NCBI GenBank assembly: GCA_040006935.1
Contig: JBDTVZ010000004.1
Location: 1 to 62,001, forward strand
Direction: 5' to 3'
Source: Candidatus Dojkabacteria bacterium
GTDB taxonomy: Bacteria; Patescibacteriota; Dojkabacteria; J137
DNA: 62,001 bases
Numbering within the stretch: the stretch's first letter is position 1; each line of letters opens with the position of its first letter. Below the pieces are notes generated by a model. It worked only from the letters and a program-made list of their open reading frames with translations, made no database searches and had not been told where the DNA came from. Positions 1 to 9,337 of this stretch are shown one piece after another. The translations under genes were made by a program, and so were the position numbers.

Positions 1-18
1 AGATGATTTAGCAAGCTT

Positions 19-1800
19 ATGACCAAACTACAGCAAAGTGAACACAACATAGCTGCGAAAGTAAGAAATTTCTACCTAATAGCTTTTTTTGTGGGGATGA
101 TAATAGTGGCTTTTTGCCTACGATGGCAAGTTGTAGAAGCAGCAAAATTTATTGAATATGCAAAAAGTAGATCAATAACTTCAGAATTAAAATCCTACAG
201 AGGTGCAATTTATGCAAAGGACGGAACAACTTTAGCTTACTCTGAACCACGATTTGATATCTTCGTCTGGATGGATGACCTTATTCTTGCAGAGACTAAT
301 GGGAATCAAACTAGACAAGAATTCTATACAAAAATGGCTCCAGCCATCGGAAAAACTCCAGTTGAACTTCAAACGTTAATAGAGAACTACTATTCTCAAA
401 AAATAAGATGGATTCCAATAGCAAAAAACTTAACAAGTGTAGACTTTGATAAAATAAAAGCTCTTGTACGAGATAAAAATGCCAGCCAGAAACTAACTGG
501 TTGGGATTACGAGGTAGCTTCCAAAAGAATTTACCCCGAAGGAAGATTAGCATCGCAACTAGTGGGTCTTACTAACGAAATTAATGGCAAATTAACCGGA
601 GTTGGAGGAGTTGAAGAGCACTATGATGGACTTTTAAATCCAAGGCAAGGGTTTTTAACAGGAGAAAAAGATGCAATAGGACAAACTGTCACTATGGCAT
701 TAGAGCAAACAATCGAACCTAAAAATGGAAGTTCGATTTATACAACTATAGATAAAAACCTACAAGCAGTTGTGGAGAAAAAATTAAAAGAAGGAGTTGA
801 AACTTATAAATCAGTTACGGGTTCTGTAGTAATTATGGATCCTAAAACTGGTTCGATTATGGCACTCGCAAACTACCCTGATTACGATCCAAATGTTAGA
901 GCGGAAACAGACCCAATTGCATATGGGGATTCTGCAACATTAAGACCATACGAAGCTGGTTCCATTGCAAAAGTCATGACATTATCTGCAGCTGTGGACT
1001 TAGGAATTTTAAATAAAGATACAGTAGTTCTTCCAGATGGACATCAAGGATGCGAAACAATCAGCCCTGATTTGCCACCACTTTGTACATGGGATCACCT
1101 TCCTGTAAACGGACCAATGAAAGCATTTGAGTGTTTTTATAAATCTGATAATATTTGTTTTTTCCATATAGCTCAACTTATGAATAGAAAAGATTTTTAT
1201 AGTTACTTAACAAAATTTGGAGTTGGAAGTGCGAGTGGAATAGATCTAGGAAGGACAGATTCATATGGTATTTTAAAAGATCCAACTGATTGGAATATCG
1301 GAGATGTTTCCGCATTCTCATACGGGCACGGTTATCAGGTAAATTTGATTCAAGCTGCTGATTACGTTTCTACAGTTGCTAATTACGGAGTACGAATGAA
1401 ACCAAGAGTAGTTGACAAAGTTGTAGATAGCGACGGCAACGTTAATGAGTATAAACCAATAGTTGTAGAAAGAGCCATTAGTAAGGAAACATCCGACAAA
1501 ATGGCGGAAATGATGAATATAAACTTCGATTTCAGTACACCTGAATGGTATAACAAAGAGCTATTTAATGAATATAATATTGGAGTAAAATCTGGAACTG
1601 CTTTATTAGTAGAAAACGGAGTTTATGTAAATGATATTAATGCATCTTTTGTTGGTTTTGATGAATCTCCTGAAAGAACTTTTGTTATGGCATTGTGGCT
1701 AGAAAAGCCAGAGAATAAACTTTCATTCTACAACTCTAGGCCAATGTGGTTAGATATCTTTGCTGCTGTAAAGGATATCATTGGAGTCCCACGTAAGTAA
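19..1800 (+). CDS. Class B penicillin-binding protein (PBP2/FtsI-type transpeptidase)
   Basis: 593-aa ORF with an N-terminal TM helix (FYLIAFFVGMIIVAFCL). Transpeptidase motifs S-x-x-K (AGSIAK) and K-S-G-T (VKSGTA) are present. Confidence 0.85.
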   Translation: MTKLQQSEHNIAAKVRNFYLIAFFVGMIIVAFCLRWQVVEAAKFIEYAKSRSITSELKSYRGAIYAKDGTTLAYSEPRFDIFVWMDDLILAETNGNQTRQEFYTKMAPAIGKTPVELQTLIENYYSQKIRWIPIAKNLTSVDFDKIKALVRDKNASQKLTGWDYEVASKRIYPEGRLASQLVGLTNEINGKLTGVGGVEEHYDGLLNPRQGFLTGEKDAIGQTVTMALEQTIEPKNGSSIYTTIDKNLQAVVEKKLKEGVETYKSVTGSVVIMDPKTGSIMALANYPDYDPNVRAETDPIAYGDSATLRPYEAGSIAKVMTLSAAVDLGILNKDTVVLPDGHQGCETISPDLPPLCTWDHLPVNGPMKAFECFYKSDNICFFHIAQLMNRKDFYSYLTKFGVGSASGIDLGRTDSYGILKDPTDWNIGDVSAFSYGHGYQVNLIQAADYVSTVANYGVRMKPRVVDKVVDSDGNVNEYKPIVVERAISKETSDKMAEMMNINFDFSTPEWYNKELFNEYNIGVKSGTALLVENGVYVNDINASFVGFDESPERTFVMALWLEKPENKLSFYNSRPMWLDIFAAVKDIIGVPRK

Positions 1801-2055
1801 TTAGAAGCCTGCCTACTGCATGGCGCAGTCAGGTAGGAAAAAAAATTCCCATAACGGTGTCATTGCGAGGAGTCGTAGACGACGAAGCAATCCCGTATTG
1901 AAAGCAAAGCTAAAGATACACGACGAACCAGCTTCGCGGTGAAGAGATGTAGTCTTGGCCCCAAAGGCAAAGGATTACTCTCGGTGCATTAGACATCCCT
2001 CGTCCCGCCAGGCGGGGCACTCCCTTCAAAGTGAGAATTCCTTCACACTCAGAGT

Positions 2056-3180
2056 TTATTTTCTTCTCAATTGATATCCGAGTGTTATTAATAAAATCCC
2101 AAAGAAGACATTTACTGCCAATATTAAATTACTATCAACATCCGTAGATGGAAGTGTAGTTGGTGGTGGAACGGGTGTAGGTGTTGGAGTCGGTGCAGGT
2201 GGAGGTGTTATAGATCCAGTTGGGGGAAGCGTAACTTTATCGCCTCCACAAACAATTCGATTCGAAATTGATTGATAAACCCCACTTGGGTTCACGCAAT
2301 TAGATGGGCATAAACAGTATTTGTTAGCATCACAAGTTGAGTTACAACTTGCAAGCGATATTGGATTATTTGTAGTATCTCCAGGAGAGACCTCGGGTGA
2401 ACTTACGGGAGTACTAATTGGGACTTCAGCATTCGCTACTACTGTGCCAGCCTTATATAATTGTCCCGATGCAGAAACTGAATTTAAACTTAGATTAGAT
2501 TCATCAGCTGCTATTACACCACTGGCCCTTTTTCCATCACTCGATGTAATTGAAACGAGAATATTCCCATCTCCAACTTCAAATGCAAGTCCAGTATTTT
2601 TATCTTTTAATGAAGATTTATCGATGGAAATATTTGGATTAGTTGTGTAAACAGATGCAGTTGTGGAAATATTATCTCCGTTAGATGCATGAACATATGC
2701 GATGCCTTCAATGAAATCCCCACTTGCTGAAATTAGTAGTGGGCTAGGTACTGAAATCTCATCAACACTTTTTAAAGTAGTAAAAGAGTAGGTGCTTTGT
2801 GGCGTACTAAAATTATCTGTTCCCGTTGTTATTTGAAAGTAATAAGTTCTTTCTGGTAGTAAATTGTCAATTCGAACATAAAATAAATTTCTCGCACTTG
2901 GTACAGTTGTATCTCTAAAATCCAATACTTGAGTTGTAAATTGATCTGCTTCGCTTCCATATTTTATATACCCCTCAATACTTTCATCTGAATACCAGGA
3001 AATAACTGTTGAATTTGCAGTTAAGTTGCTAACAATGACTTCTTTTGGCGATAAAACTGCTTTAACATCTACTGGTTGTTGAGAAGTGAGTATTAATCTA
3101 CCTATAAAATAAACAAGCGCTACAACCAGAGCGATTAAAATTATTGATAGTATTACTCGCAAACTATTATTCTGTTTCAT
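2056..3180 (-). CDS. Surface protein: N-terminal anchor, FN3-like domain, Pro/Thr linker, C-terminal LPxTG-like (LPSTD) sorting signal
   Basis: 374-aa ORF. The FN3-like stretch (VIVSNLTANSTVISWYSDE...RTYYFQITTG) resembles the head of the adjacent 946-aa ORF. The C-terminus reads PTPTPTPVPPPTT-LPSTD-VDSN-LILAVNVFFGILLITLGY-QLRRK. Confidence 0.6.
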   Translation of the reverse strand: MKQNNSLRVILSIILIALVVALVYFIGRLILTSQQPVDVKAVLSPKEVIVSNLTANSTVISWYSDESIEGYIKYGSEADQFTTQVLDFRDTTVPSARNLFYVRIDNLLPERTYYFQITTGTDNFSTPQSTYSFTTLKSVDEISVPSPLLISASGDFIEGIAYVHASNGDNISTTASVYTTNPNISIDKSSLKDKNTGLAFEVGDGNILVSITSSDGKRASGVIAADESNLSLNSVSASGQLYKAGTVVANAEVPISTPVSSPEVSPGDTTNNPISLASCNSTCDANKYCLCPSNCVNPSGVYQSISNRIVCGGDKVTLPPTGSITPPPAPTPTPTPVPPPTTLPSTDVDSNLILAVNVFFGILLITLGYQLRRK

Positions 3181-3182
3181 TT

Positions 3183-6023
3183 CTAAGGTGAGATTGTTGT
3201 ATTCCTACTTGTATTAAGTACAAAGTAACCTTCTGTATCATTTAGATCGAAGTCATTCCCAAAAAATTTATTATCAAATTGAACAACTGATTCGTAAACC
3301 CCACTTTGGAACCTAGAAATTGTAGTACATAATGCACCATCGGTTTGGCATTTATTTATAAAATCAATGGCTTTGTATTGTGTAGGGGATTCTATAGATG
3401 CTAAATTCCAACCTAAATTCAAGTTGATTGGAACACTGCTTGTAAATTTCTGTCCTTTTAAAGAAATTATTCCAGGGTTTATAGTTCTAACAAAGTAACC
3501 TTCTCCAGGAACAAGAGTAAAATCGTTTCCAAATTCTTCTGCTTGTTGTGCTTCATTTACTCTATATACATAATGGATCCAATTACCATTATCGTATTTA
3601 GAAATTTGAACAGCATTAACTCCTTGTCTATTAATTTCCTTAGCTAAATCTGATGCTGTATCAAAGCCAGTTGAAATAAAGTTAAGTGCAATTAAGTTCC
3701 AGCCAGTTTGTAATCTATATAATGTTAAATCGCTAAGTTTAGAAACTGTTACGGTGTATGCTTTTAAATCTACATACTGTTCATCAGCTTGCTTTATTCC
3801 ATCTCCATTGGTGTCTTCAAAATACTTCATAGTAACATTATTGTTATAAACTGCAAACTCAGCATTTTTATAACCCGGAATAAATATGGTATATGTTCCT
3901 TTACTTAATTTTTCAGGGTCAATTACATCTGGAATTGGTTGAGCATGAACTTTTTTAATAGGTGAAAATTTAAAACCTTGCGGGGCATCAGTAAGACATA
4001 TAGGTGCAGAGTTATTAGCACTGACTCCGCCATTAGAACATCTTGCTATAGTTATAGTTTGATCAAAAATTTGACCATTAGAGCTAGTTGGATAAACACA
4101 AATTATACTATCACCTTGGACTCTCTTAGTACCCATCGACACTATCGGAGCTCCTTCCCCTGGACAAGTTGGAGGTGCTGGGCATGAGAAACTATCAAGG
4201 CTAGCAGTAATATTTGCTGAGCAAGTTTCTGATGTAGTAGGGGTATGACAATATCCTTCTTGAAGTCCATTAAAACAATGAGTATATGTTTGCCCATTGG
4301 CAGGATCTGTAGAGTAGCATTCTGCATTTCCTGTAGGGCAAGCTGGTAAATTTGAACTTGGATTGCTAGATGTAGCTGAACAATATAAAAAACCTGAAGT
4401 AGTTTCGTTTGTTGAGCATTGGATTAAATTTTGTGAAGCATCCGAAGTTTCCTGGCAATGCCTTCCATCCTCTGGGCAAGATTCTAGTTGTACAGTAGTA
4501 TTGCTATTTGCACTTACTTCGACTCCTTGTTCTTGGTCTGTTGCGCTGGCCTGGACAGTCGCACATATTTGATCGTTTGGAGTTGCAGTAGTTCGAGTAA
4601 TTACACCTGTACCCTTATTACATACTGCAGTAAAAATACTAAAAGTATCTGCATATAATTGATAGTTACATCTTAGACTATTTTCATTTACTACCTCGGA
4701 TGTTATATCAACTTGGCCTGGACCTACTCCACTACAAGAAAGTGGCCCTGGTGCAGGAGGACAGTCAATGCCTGTAAAGTCACAATGTCCTGGAGTTGCT
4801 GGATTATTAACAGGTGTTGAAGAACCTACTCCTCCACTACTTCCTGTTCCAGATCCTACAAATGCTCCGTTAGCTTCCTCTCTCGTACTTGGATCATCTG
4901 GTTTATCAGGTTTATCGCCAACTAAGTCTCCACCTCCTCCTACAGGATCTTGAGATACAGTTTCATCGTGAGTTCCTTCAGCAGTTCCCACACAAGTCGA
5001 TCCATTCCAAATAGTTGCCACAGGACATGTTGGAGTTTCTGGAGCTGAGCAAGTACATGCACCTGCTCTAAATTCTCCGTGAGGTCCACAAGTAATATCT
5101 CTATTACACCCGTCACCACAAGATTCAGGATAGGCTGATTGACATATAGGTACGCCATTTACAATTGCAGATCCTGCAGATAATTTCTGAACTGGATCTA
5201 ATCCTATGTCTGATGCAATTCCTAAAACAGAACTTACAGAGTAACGAACATTTACAACCGCATTCCCAATTGGTTTGTAAGCAGTTAAATCATATTCGTT
5301 TAATCCATAACCTTGATTTGTTTTAGAATCTAATTGAACTCTAAAATTTTCTTTATCCCATTTAAATACATTCCCATCCTTGTCTACAATATTAGATAAA
5401 TCCCCTGCCCACGCAAAGTCTTTCCCTACAACTGCGGAATAAGTCGCACTGGACTTATTTTTATCAGTTTTACTTACAACTTTATAATAAATAACACCAT
5501 CCGTTGGATTTATCCCTCCTGTGGCATAATTAATAACTTTCCCATAAATTGGATCAGGTTCTGCCACTTTGTCGGACTGAGTTAGGGTCGTAAATTCATT
5601 AGTAGTGGGAACAAAGGTTCTCACTTTCCCATTAATTCTAAAAAAATATTTTTTGCCGGCCTCTAAATTTCTAATAGTAACATGATGAATAGTCCGAGTT
5701 AATGAGATAGAAGAAGTGTAGACTAAATTCTTATTACTATCTAAAGTTAAATCTCTATCATCAAATGCTTGTGATTTTGGTAATAATTTATCAACAAAAA
5801 CAGGCCAATTATTATCCAGAGAGTATTGTACGGAAGGAATTGTTTCAGAGTCACTAACCCAAGTAATTGTTGCACTATTAGAAGTTAAGTTCGTAATCTG
5901 TAATTCGTTAATACCAGGATTACTTTCCAGTATATAAGAAAAGAAAAATAAGAAGAATATTGCACCTACTACAAAAGACAAAAGTGTTAGAACTTTTTTA
6001 TAATTCATTTTTCCCAATTTCAT
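3183..6023 (-). CDS. Large Cys-rich cell-surface protein (N-terminal TM anchor, FN3-like head, Gly/Ser/Pro-rich and Cys-rich core, two C-terminal ~95-aa repeats)
   Basis: 946-aa ORF lying 2 nt upstream of the 374-aa ORF. FN3-like segment LQITNLTSNSATITWVSDSE...KKYFFRINGK; about 30 Cys between residues ~290 and ~900. Tandem C-terminal domains begin GWNLIAL... and GWNLASI..., each ending in ...GNDF.L...EGYFV. Confidence 0.6.
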   Translation of the reverse strand: MKLGKMNYKKVLTLLSFVVGAIFFLFFFSYILESNPGINELQITNLTSNSATITWVSDSETIPSVQYSLDNNWPVFVDKLLPKSQAFDDRDLTLDSNKNLVYTSSISLTRTIHHVTIRNLEAGKKYFFRINGKVRTFVPTTNEFTTLTQSDKVAEPDPIYGKVINYATGGINPTDGVIYYKVVSKTDKNKSSATYSAVVGKDFAWAGDLSNIVDKDGNVFKWDKENFRVQLDSKTNQGYGLNEYDLTAYKPIGNAVVNVRYSVSSVLGIASDIGLDPVQKLSAGSAIVNGVPICQSAYPESCGDGCNRDITCGPHGEFRAGACTCSAPETPTCPVATIWNGSTCVGTAEGTHDETVSQDPVGGGGDLVGDKPDKPDDPSTREEANGAFVGSGTGSSGGVGSSTPVNNPATPGHCDFTGIDCPPAPGPLSCSGVGPGQVDITSEVVNENSLRCNYQLYADTFSIFTAVCNKGTGVITRTTATPNDQICATVQASATDQEQGVEVSANSNTTVQLESCPEDGRHCQETSDASQNLIQCSTNETTSGFLYCSATSSNPSSNLPACPTGNAECYSTDPANGQTYTHCFNGLQEGYCHTPTTSETCSANITASLDSFSCPAPPTCPGEGAPIVSMGTKRVQGDSIICVYPTSSNGQIFDQTITIARCSNGGVSANNSAPICLTDAPQGFKFSPIKKVHAQPIPDVIDPEKLSKGTYTIFIPGYKNAEFAVYNNNVTMKYFEDTNGDGIKQADEQYVDLKAYTVTVSKLSDLTLYRLQTGWNLIALNFISTGFDTASDLAKEINRQGVNAVQISKYDNGNWIHYVYRVNEAQQAEEFGNDFTLVPGEGYFVRTINPGIISLKGQKFTSSVPINLNLGWNLASIESPTQYKAIDFINKCQTDGALCTTISRFQSGVYESVVQFDNKFFGNDFDLNDTEGYFVLNTSRNTTISP

Positions 6024-6090
6024 ACATTTTTTTAACTATATATAAGAATATAGATTTGTAAAATGTATGTCAAGGAAATGGCACTTCTCA

Positions 6091-6099
6091 TGGTATAAT
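6091..6099 (+). promoter_or_regulatory. Extended -10 element (TGgTATAAT) for trhO
   Basis: Exact TGnTATAAT at 6091-6099, 27 nt upstream of ATG 6127. It lies inside the longer ORF-track model that starts at 6067. Confidence 0.45.
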
Positions 6100-6126
6100 T
6101 ATCACTATCAAAAACTAAAAACTAAC

Positions 6127-7023
6127 ATGGAAACTGTTTTACTTTATTACAAATACGTAGAAATCGAAAATCCTGAATCTCTTCGGGAGGCTCAATTTGA
6201 GCTTTGCTCCAGACTTAGCTTAAAAGGGAGAATTTTGATAGCTAAAGAAGGAATTAACGGAACTATTGGTGGTACAGAAGAATCTTGCCAAGAATATATA
6301 AGAGTAACTTCAGAATATCCTGGACTTGATGGAATGGATTGGAAAATATCGAGAAATACAGAAGATTCTTTCCCAAAACTCAGAGTAGTAGTTCGTGAAG
6401 AAGTAGTTTCATTTAAAGCACCAGTGAACTTAAAAAATAGAGCACCTTACATTAAGCCATTAGAACTTAAAGAATTATTAGATAAAGATGAAGAAGTCGT
6501 AATCCTCGACGCCAGAAATGACTATGAATCTAAAATAGGTAAATTTAAAAACGCCATTGCACCTGACATTAAAAATTTTAGAGAATTCCCCGAATTTGTA
6601 AAAACAATAGAACATTTAAAAGACAAACCAATTGTCACTTACTGTACTGGAGGAATCCGATGCGAAAAAGCTTCGGCTTATTTAATAGAGCAAGGCTTCA
6701 AAAACGTAAAACAACTTCATGGTGGAATTGCAAAATATGGCGAGGAAGCTGGGGGAAAAGATTTCCAAGGAACAATGTATGTTTTTGATAAAAGAATACA
6801 TATCCCTGTAAATTCGGAAAATCCTGAAATTATAAGCGAGTGTTATCACTGCGGCGTTAAAGTGGCAAGATATATAAATTGTTGCAACGCAGAATGTAAT
6901 AAACAAATTATTGTTTGCGAAGAATGCGATCTAAAGTTCGAAGGAGGTTGTTCAGAAGAGTGCAAAGAGAAATCGAGATTTAAGAAGAATGAAGAAATTA
7001 GAAATGAAAAGAATCTCAAGTGA
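6127..7023 (+). CDS. trhO: Rhodanese-domain tRNA uridine(34) hydroxylase TrhO (YceA/UPF0176 family)
   Basis: N-terminal METVLLYYKY..., rhodanese active-site loop CTGGIRCEK, Cys-rich C-terminal tail. Start moved to ATG 6127 because of the internal promoter element and the family's N-terminus. Confidence 0.8.
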   Translation: METVLLYYKYVEIENPESLREAQFELCSRLSLKGRILIAKEGINGTIGGTEESCQEYIRVTSEYPGLDGMDWKISRNTEDSFPKLRVVVREEVVSFKAPVNLKNRAPYIKPLELKELLDKDEEVVILDARNDYESKIGKFKNAIAPDIKNFREFPEFVKTIEHLKDKPIVTYCTGGIRCEKASAYLIEQGFKNVKQLHGGIAKYGEEAGGKDFQGTMYVFDKRIHIPVNSENPEIISECYHCGVKVARYINCCNAECNKQIIVCEECDLKFEGGCSEECKEKSRFKKNEEIRNEKNLK

Positions 7024-7118
7024 AATGTCGTGCGTGATTTTTACCTTCTTTTTAACCTGCCGTACGTCCGTGTCTGCACAGAGGAGTGGTTAAGGAGTTG
7101 GTCACAATATCATTAGGA

Positions 7119-7185
7119 CTTTACCACCTATATTACTCTCATGATTTATTAGCAATCAGTGTTCCTCAACGTTTCAACAGAAATT
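7119..7185. repeat. Dispersed intergenic repeat, copy A (ttaccacc family)
   Basis: ctttaccacctatattactctc...tagcaatcagtgttcc aligns by eye with copies at 18937, 46981 and 50066. Confidence 0.45.
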
Positions 7186-7203
7186 TAATATTAACACCTC
7201 CCT

Positions 7204-7226
7204 TCCTCCTCTTAACAAGAGGAGGA
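7204..7226. repeat. Perfect 10-bp GC-rich hairpin (tcctcctctt-aac-aagaggagga)
   Basis: Inverted repeat read directly. It is the same cctcc...ggagg type as the hairpin at 47064-47087. Confidence 0.6.
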
Positions 7227-7240
7227 GAAAATCCCCCCAT

Positions 7241-7269
7241 TTGTTAAATCTTTAAAAAATCGCTAAACT
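7241..7269 (+). promoter_or_regulatory. Putative promoter of the surface locus (TTGTTA-17-TAAACT)
   Basis: Hexamers at 7241-7246 and 7264-7269, 28 nt upstream of ATG 7297. Confidence 0.3.
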
Positions 7270-7296
7270 GATAGAGTTTCCTTTATCTGATTTAAT

Positions 7297-8217
7297 ATGC
7301 GATTTATTAATAAAATAATTATTTCTACATTTATAGTAATTTCCTTTGCCTTTGCACCAGCAAATCTTAGAGCTCAGAATAATGTAAATCTTACTATCTC
7401 ACCTGCAATAATAAATGAGACTATAACCAGCGGTACCCCAAAAGAATATTCATTCAAACTAATTACGGATGTAGATAGAACACTAGGTGTATCTATGCAA
7501 GGACTGTCCAGAGAAGATTCCTCGGGTCAGCCAATAATAACTAATGATTTATCATCTGATTTTTTAGGTTGGTTTGGTAGTTTTGATAGCCAAATCATAA
7601 TTAAGAAAGATCAAGATAATATCTACAAACTCAGCTTATTAATCCCAGAAAATTTTACGGGTAATTATAACTTTGCATTAGTTTTTCGAGAAAACAACGA
7701 GTCAAGTAGTCTGGAAGATTCAAATGCCGCCGCTGCATCAGAAATAGTTATCCCCTTTATATTAAATTTAAAGAAAGAAGGAGAAGGCTTATCCGAATAC
7801 TTGGATGTTCAGAATTATAGAGTCAGCTCAACTCTAGTTTTGAATGGAGATAACTCAATCTCAATGACTTTGAATAATTTAGGCGAAAGCTATTTAATAC
7901 CACGAGGAGTTTTAGCCCTTGAATCAGTAAATGGAATCGGAAGTTTTGAAAATAAAAATTTCTCTGTAAATTCAGATAAGAAAATTCTTTTGAGTAAATC
8001 TTTTCTAGACCAAGAATTTAATAATAAGTTTGATAATAATTATTTTGGACAAGTTAAAGCAAACTTAACATTAGTATACGGTTTAGATAATACTGTAATA
8101 ACTAATCAGATTTATTTCTGGATAGTTCCTCAATGGTTTATTATGTTAATTGCATTAATAATTTTATTAATTTTAAGTTTAATAATATTTAAACTAATTA
8201 GAAGAAAATTAAAATGA
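7297..8217 (+). CDS. Secreted Ig-like surface protein with C-terminal membrane anchor (DUF916/DUF3324-like architecture), paralogue 1
   Basis: Signal peptide ending ANLRAQ. Post-signal strand NLTISPAII, strand LLIPENFTGNYNFALVF, C-terminal TM WFIMLIALIILLILSLIIF followed by KLIRRKLK. Confidence 0.55.
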   Translation: MRFINKIIISTFIVISFAFAPANLRAQNNVNLTISPAIINETITSGTPKEYSFKLITDVDRTLGVSMQGLSREDSSGQPIITNDLSSDFLGWFGSFDSQIIIKKDQDNIYKLSLLIPENFTGNYNFALVFRENNESSSLEDSNAAAASEIVIPFILNLKKEGEGLSEYLDVQNYRVSSTLVLNGDNSISMTLNNLGESYLIPRGVLALESVNGIGSFENKNFSVNSDKKILLSKSFLDQEFNNKFDNNYFGQVKANLTLVYGLDNTVITNQIYFWIVPQWFIMLIALIILLILSLIIFKLIRRKLK

Positions 8218-9155
8218 AGAAATTTTTTCTCATATTGTTTATTCTGACTTCGTACTTACCTTTTTCAAAAGTTCATGCGGAAGGAGGAATAGAAGTTACG
8301 CCTTCTTTTAGCGAATTAAAATTAAAACCTGGTGAGAGTTATGCTGGGAGTTTTCTAATCAAAAATAATAATGAATACAACGTCCTTTTAGATGTGTCTA
8401 AGGGAGAAATTACACCAGATGGAAAGATTAACCTGGAAACAAATAATAATTCTAGTTCGAATTGGATAACAACAGTGCATGCAAATATTAGAATAAACTC
8501 ATTAAACGAGTTTACATTTACTTACAGTATTAAAATTCCCGACGGAATAACTGATCAAACCATTCAGCCTATATTTATATTGAAACTTGTAAATGATGGT
8601 ACTGAAAGTGGGGCAACAACTGGAATTTCTCAATTAATTCCCTTTCAGTTTAGAATATTAGTCAACCAAACAGGAGAATATAATGCGGATTTAGATATAG
8701 TTAAATTGCAAGCTTCCAAAAGTATTCTTATCGGTTCCGATCAAACTATAGCATTCGAAGTAAAGAACCCATCAACATCACCTGCAAAGCCACTAATTAG
8801 GTTACAAGTTGTATCCCCGGATAATCAAATAATCTATCAATCTGTAGAAAATGAGAATCTTTCTGTACTTTTAACTGATCAAAGCATTTTAAAAGAAAAC
8901 AATATATCAAATGCAATTACCACCGATTTGAAACCTGGAAGATATAATATTGAGCTATTAGTCACTGACACATTAACTAGTAAATCTACAATTCAAAAAT
9001 TATCCTTCTATTATATCCCTCTGCAGATATTCATAATTATTGTCATATTAACAATTGCATTCGTTATTCTTGCCACACTTTTACTTAGATTTAGAAAGAG
9101 AAAATCATTCGAAAAAGTCACTAAAAAAAGGAATCATATTTTCATGCATAAATGA
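8214..9155 (+). CDS. Secreted Ig-like surface protein with C-terminal membrane anchor, paralogue 2
   Basis: ATGA start/stop overlap with the previous gene. Signal peptide ending KVHAEGG; GIEVTPSFSELKLKPGESY; YSIKIPDGITDQTIQPIFIL; C-terminal TM IFIIIVILTIAFVILATLLL followed by RFRKRK. Confidence 0.55.
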   Translation: MKKFFLILFILTSYLPFSKVHAEGGIEVTPSFSELKLKPGESYAGSFLIKNNNEYNVLLDVSKGEITPDGKINLETNNNSSSNWITTVHANIRINSLNEFTFTYSIKIPDGITDQTIQPIFILKLVNDGTESGATTGISQLIPFQFRILVNQTGEYNADLDIVKLQASKSILIGSDQTIAFEVKNPSTSPAKPLIRLQVVSPDNQIIYQSVENENLSVLLTDQSILKENNISNAITTDLKPGRYNIELLVTDTLTSKSTIQKLSFYYIPLQIFIIIVILTIAFVILATLLLRFRKRKSFEKVTKKRNHIFMHK

Positions 9156-9253
9156 AATATTAAAGACAAAATGATTATCATCAAAAATCTTTTCAGATAA
9201 TCAAATTGATGTTTCAAGTGTTATAAATATTAATTGAAAATATACAAATTCTC

Positions 9254-9282
9254 TTGACATGCTTTAACCAAAGTGATTAACT
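9254..9282 (+). promoter_or_regulatory. Putative promoter for the 9338 gene (TTGACA-17-TTAACT)
   Basis: Consensus -35 at 9254-9259 and a weak -10 at 9277-9282, inside a 182-nt intergenic gap within an otherwise contiguous locus. Confidence 0.3.
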
Positions 9283-9337
9283 ATAAAAGTTACAAATGGT
9301 TATTTAAGAATTTTTATTATTTATTAGCTCCTCTTTA

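Noticed and set aside
2321-2650. ORF-track entries antisense to, or out of frame within, long genes. Examples: 311-553, 2321-2650, 3978-5158 (five ORFs), 11929-13370 (four ORFs), 16418-17805, 21125-21866, 42211-43045 and 61386-61944.
   Set aside because: Each lies wholly inside a longer ORF that has clear family motifs or a coherent architecture. Their translations are low-complexity or mirror the codon bias of the opposite strand. I treat them as shadow ORFs.
6067-6126. N-terminal extension of trhO from ATG 6067.
   Set aside because: It contains a TGgTATAAT element, and the family's conserved N-terminus (LLYYKY) follows ATG 6127.
8214-8217. Possibility of an alternative genetic code (UGA sense), as in some candidate phyla.
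   Set aside because: TGA terminates several well-supported genes (for example at 7023, 8217, 9155, 14016 and 43311). Long ORFs are intact under the standard code.
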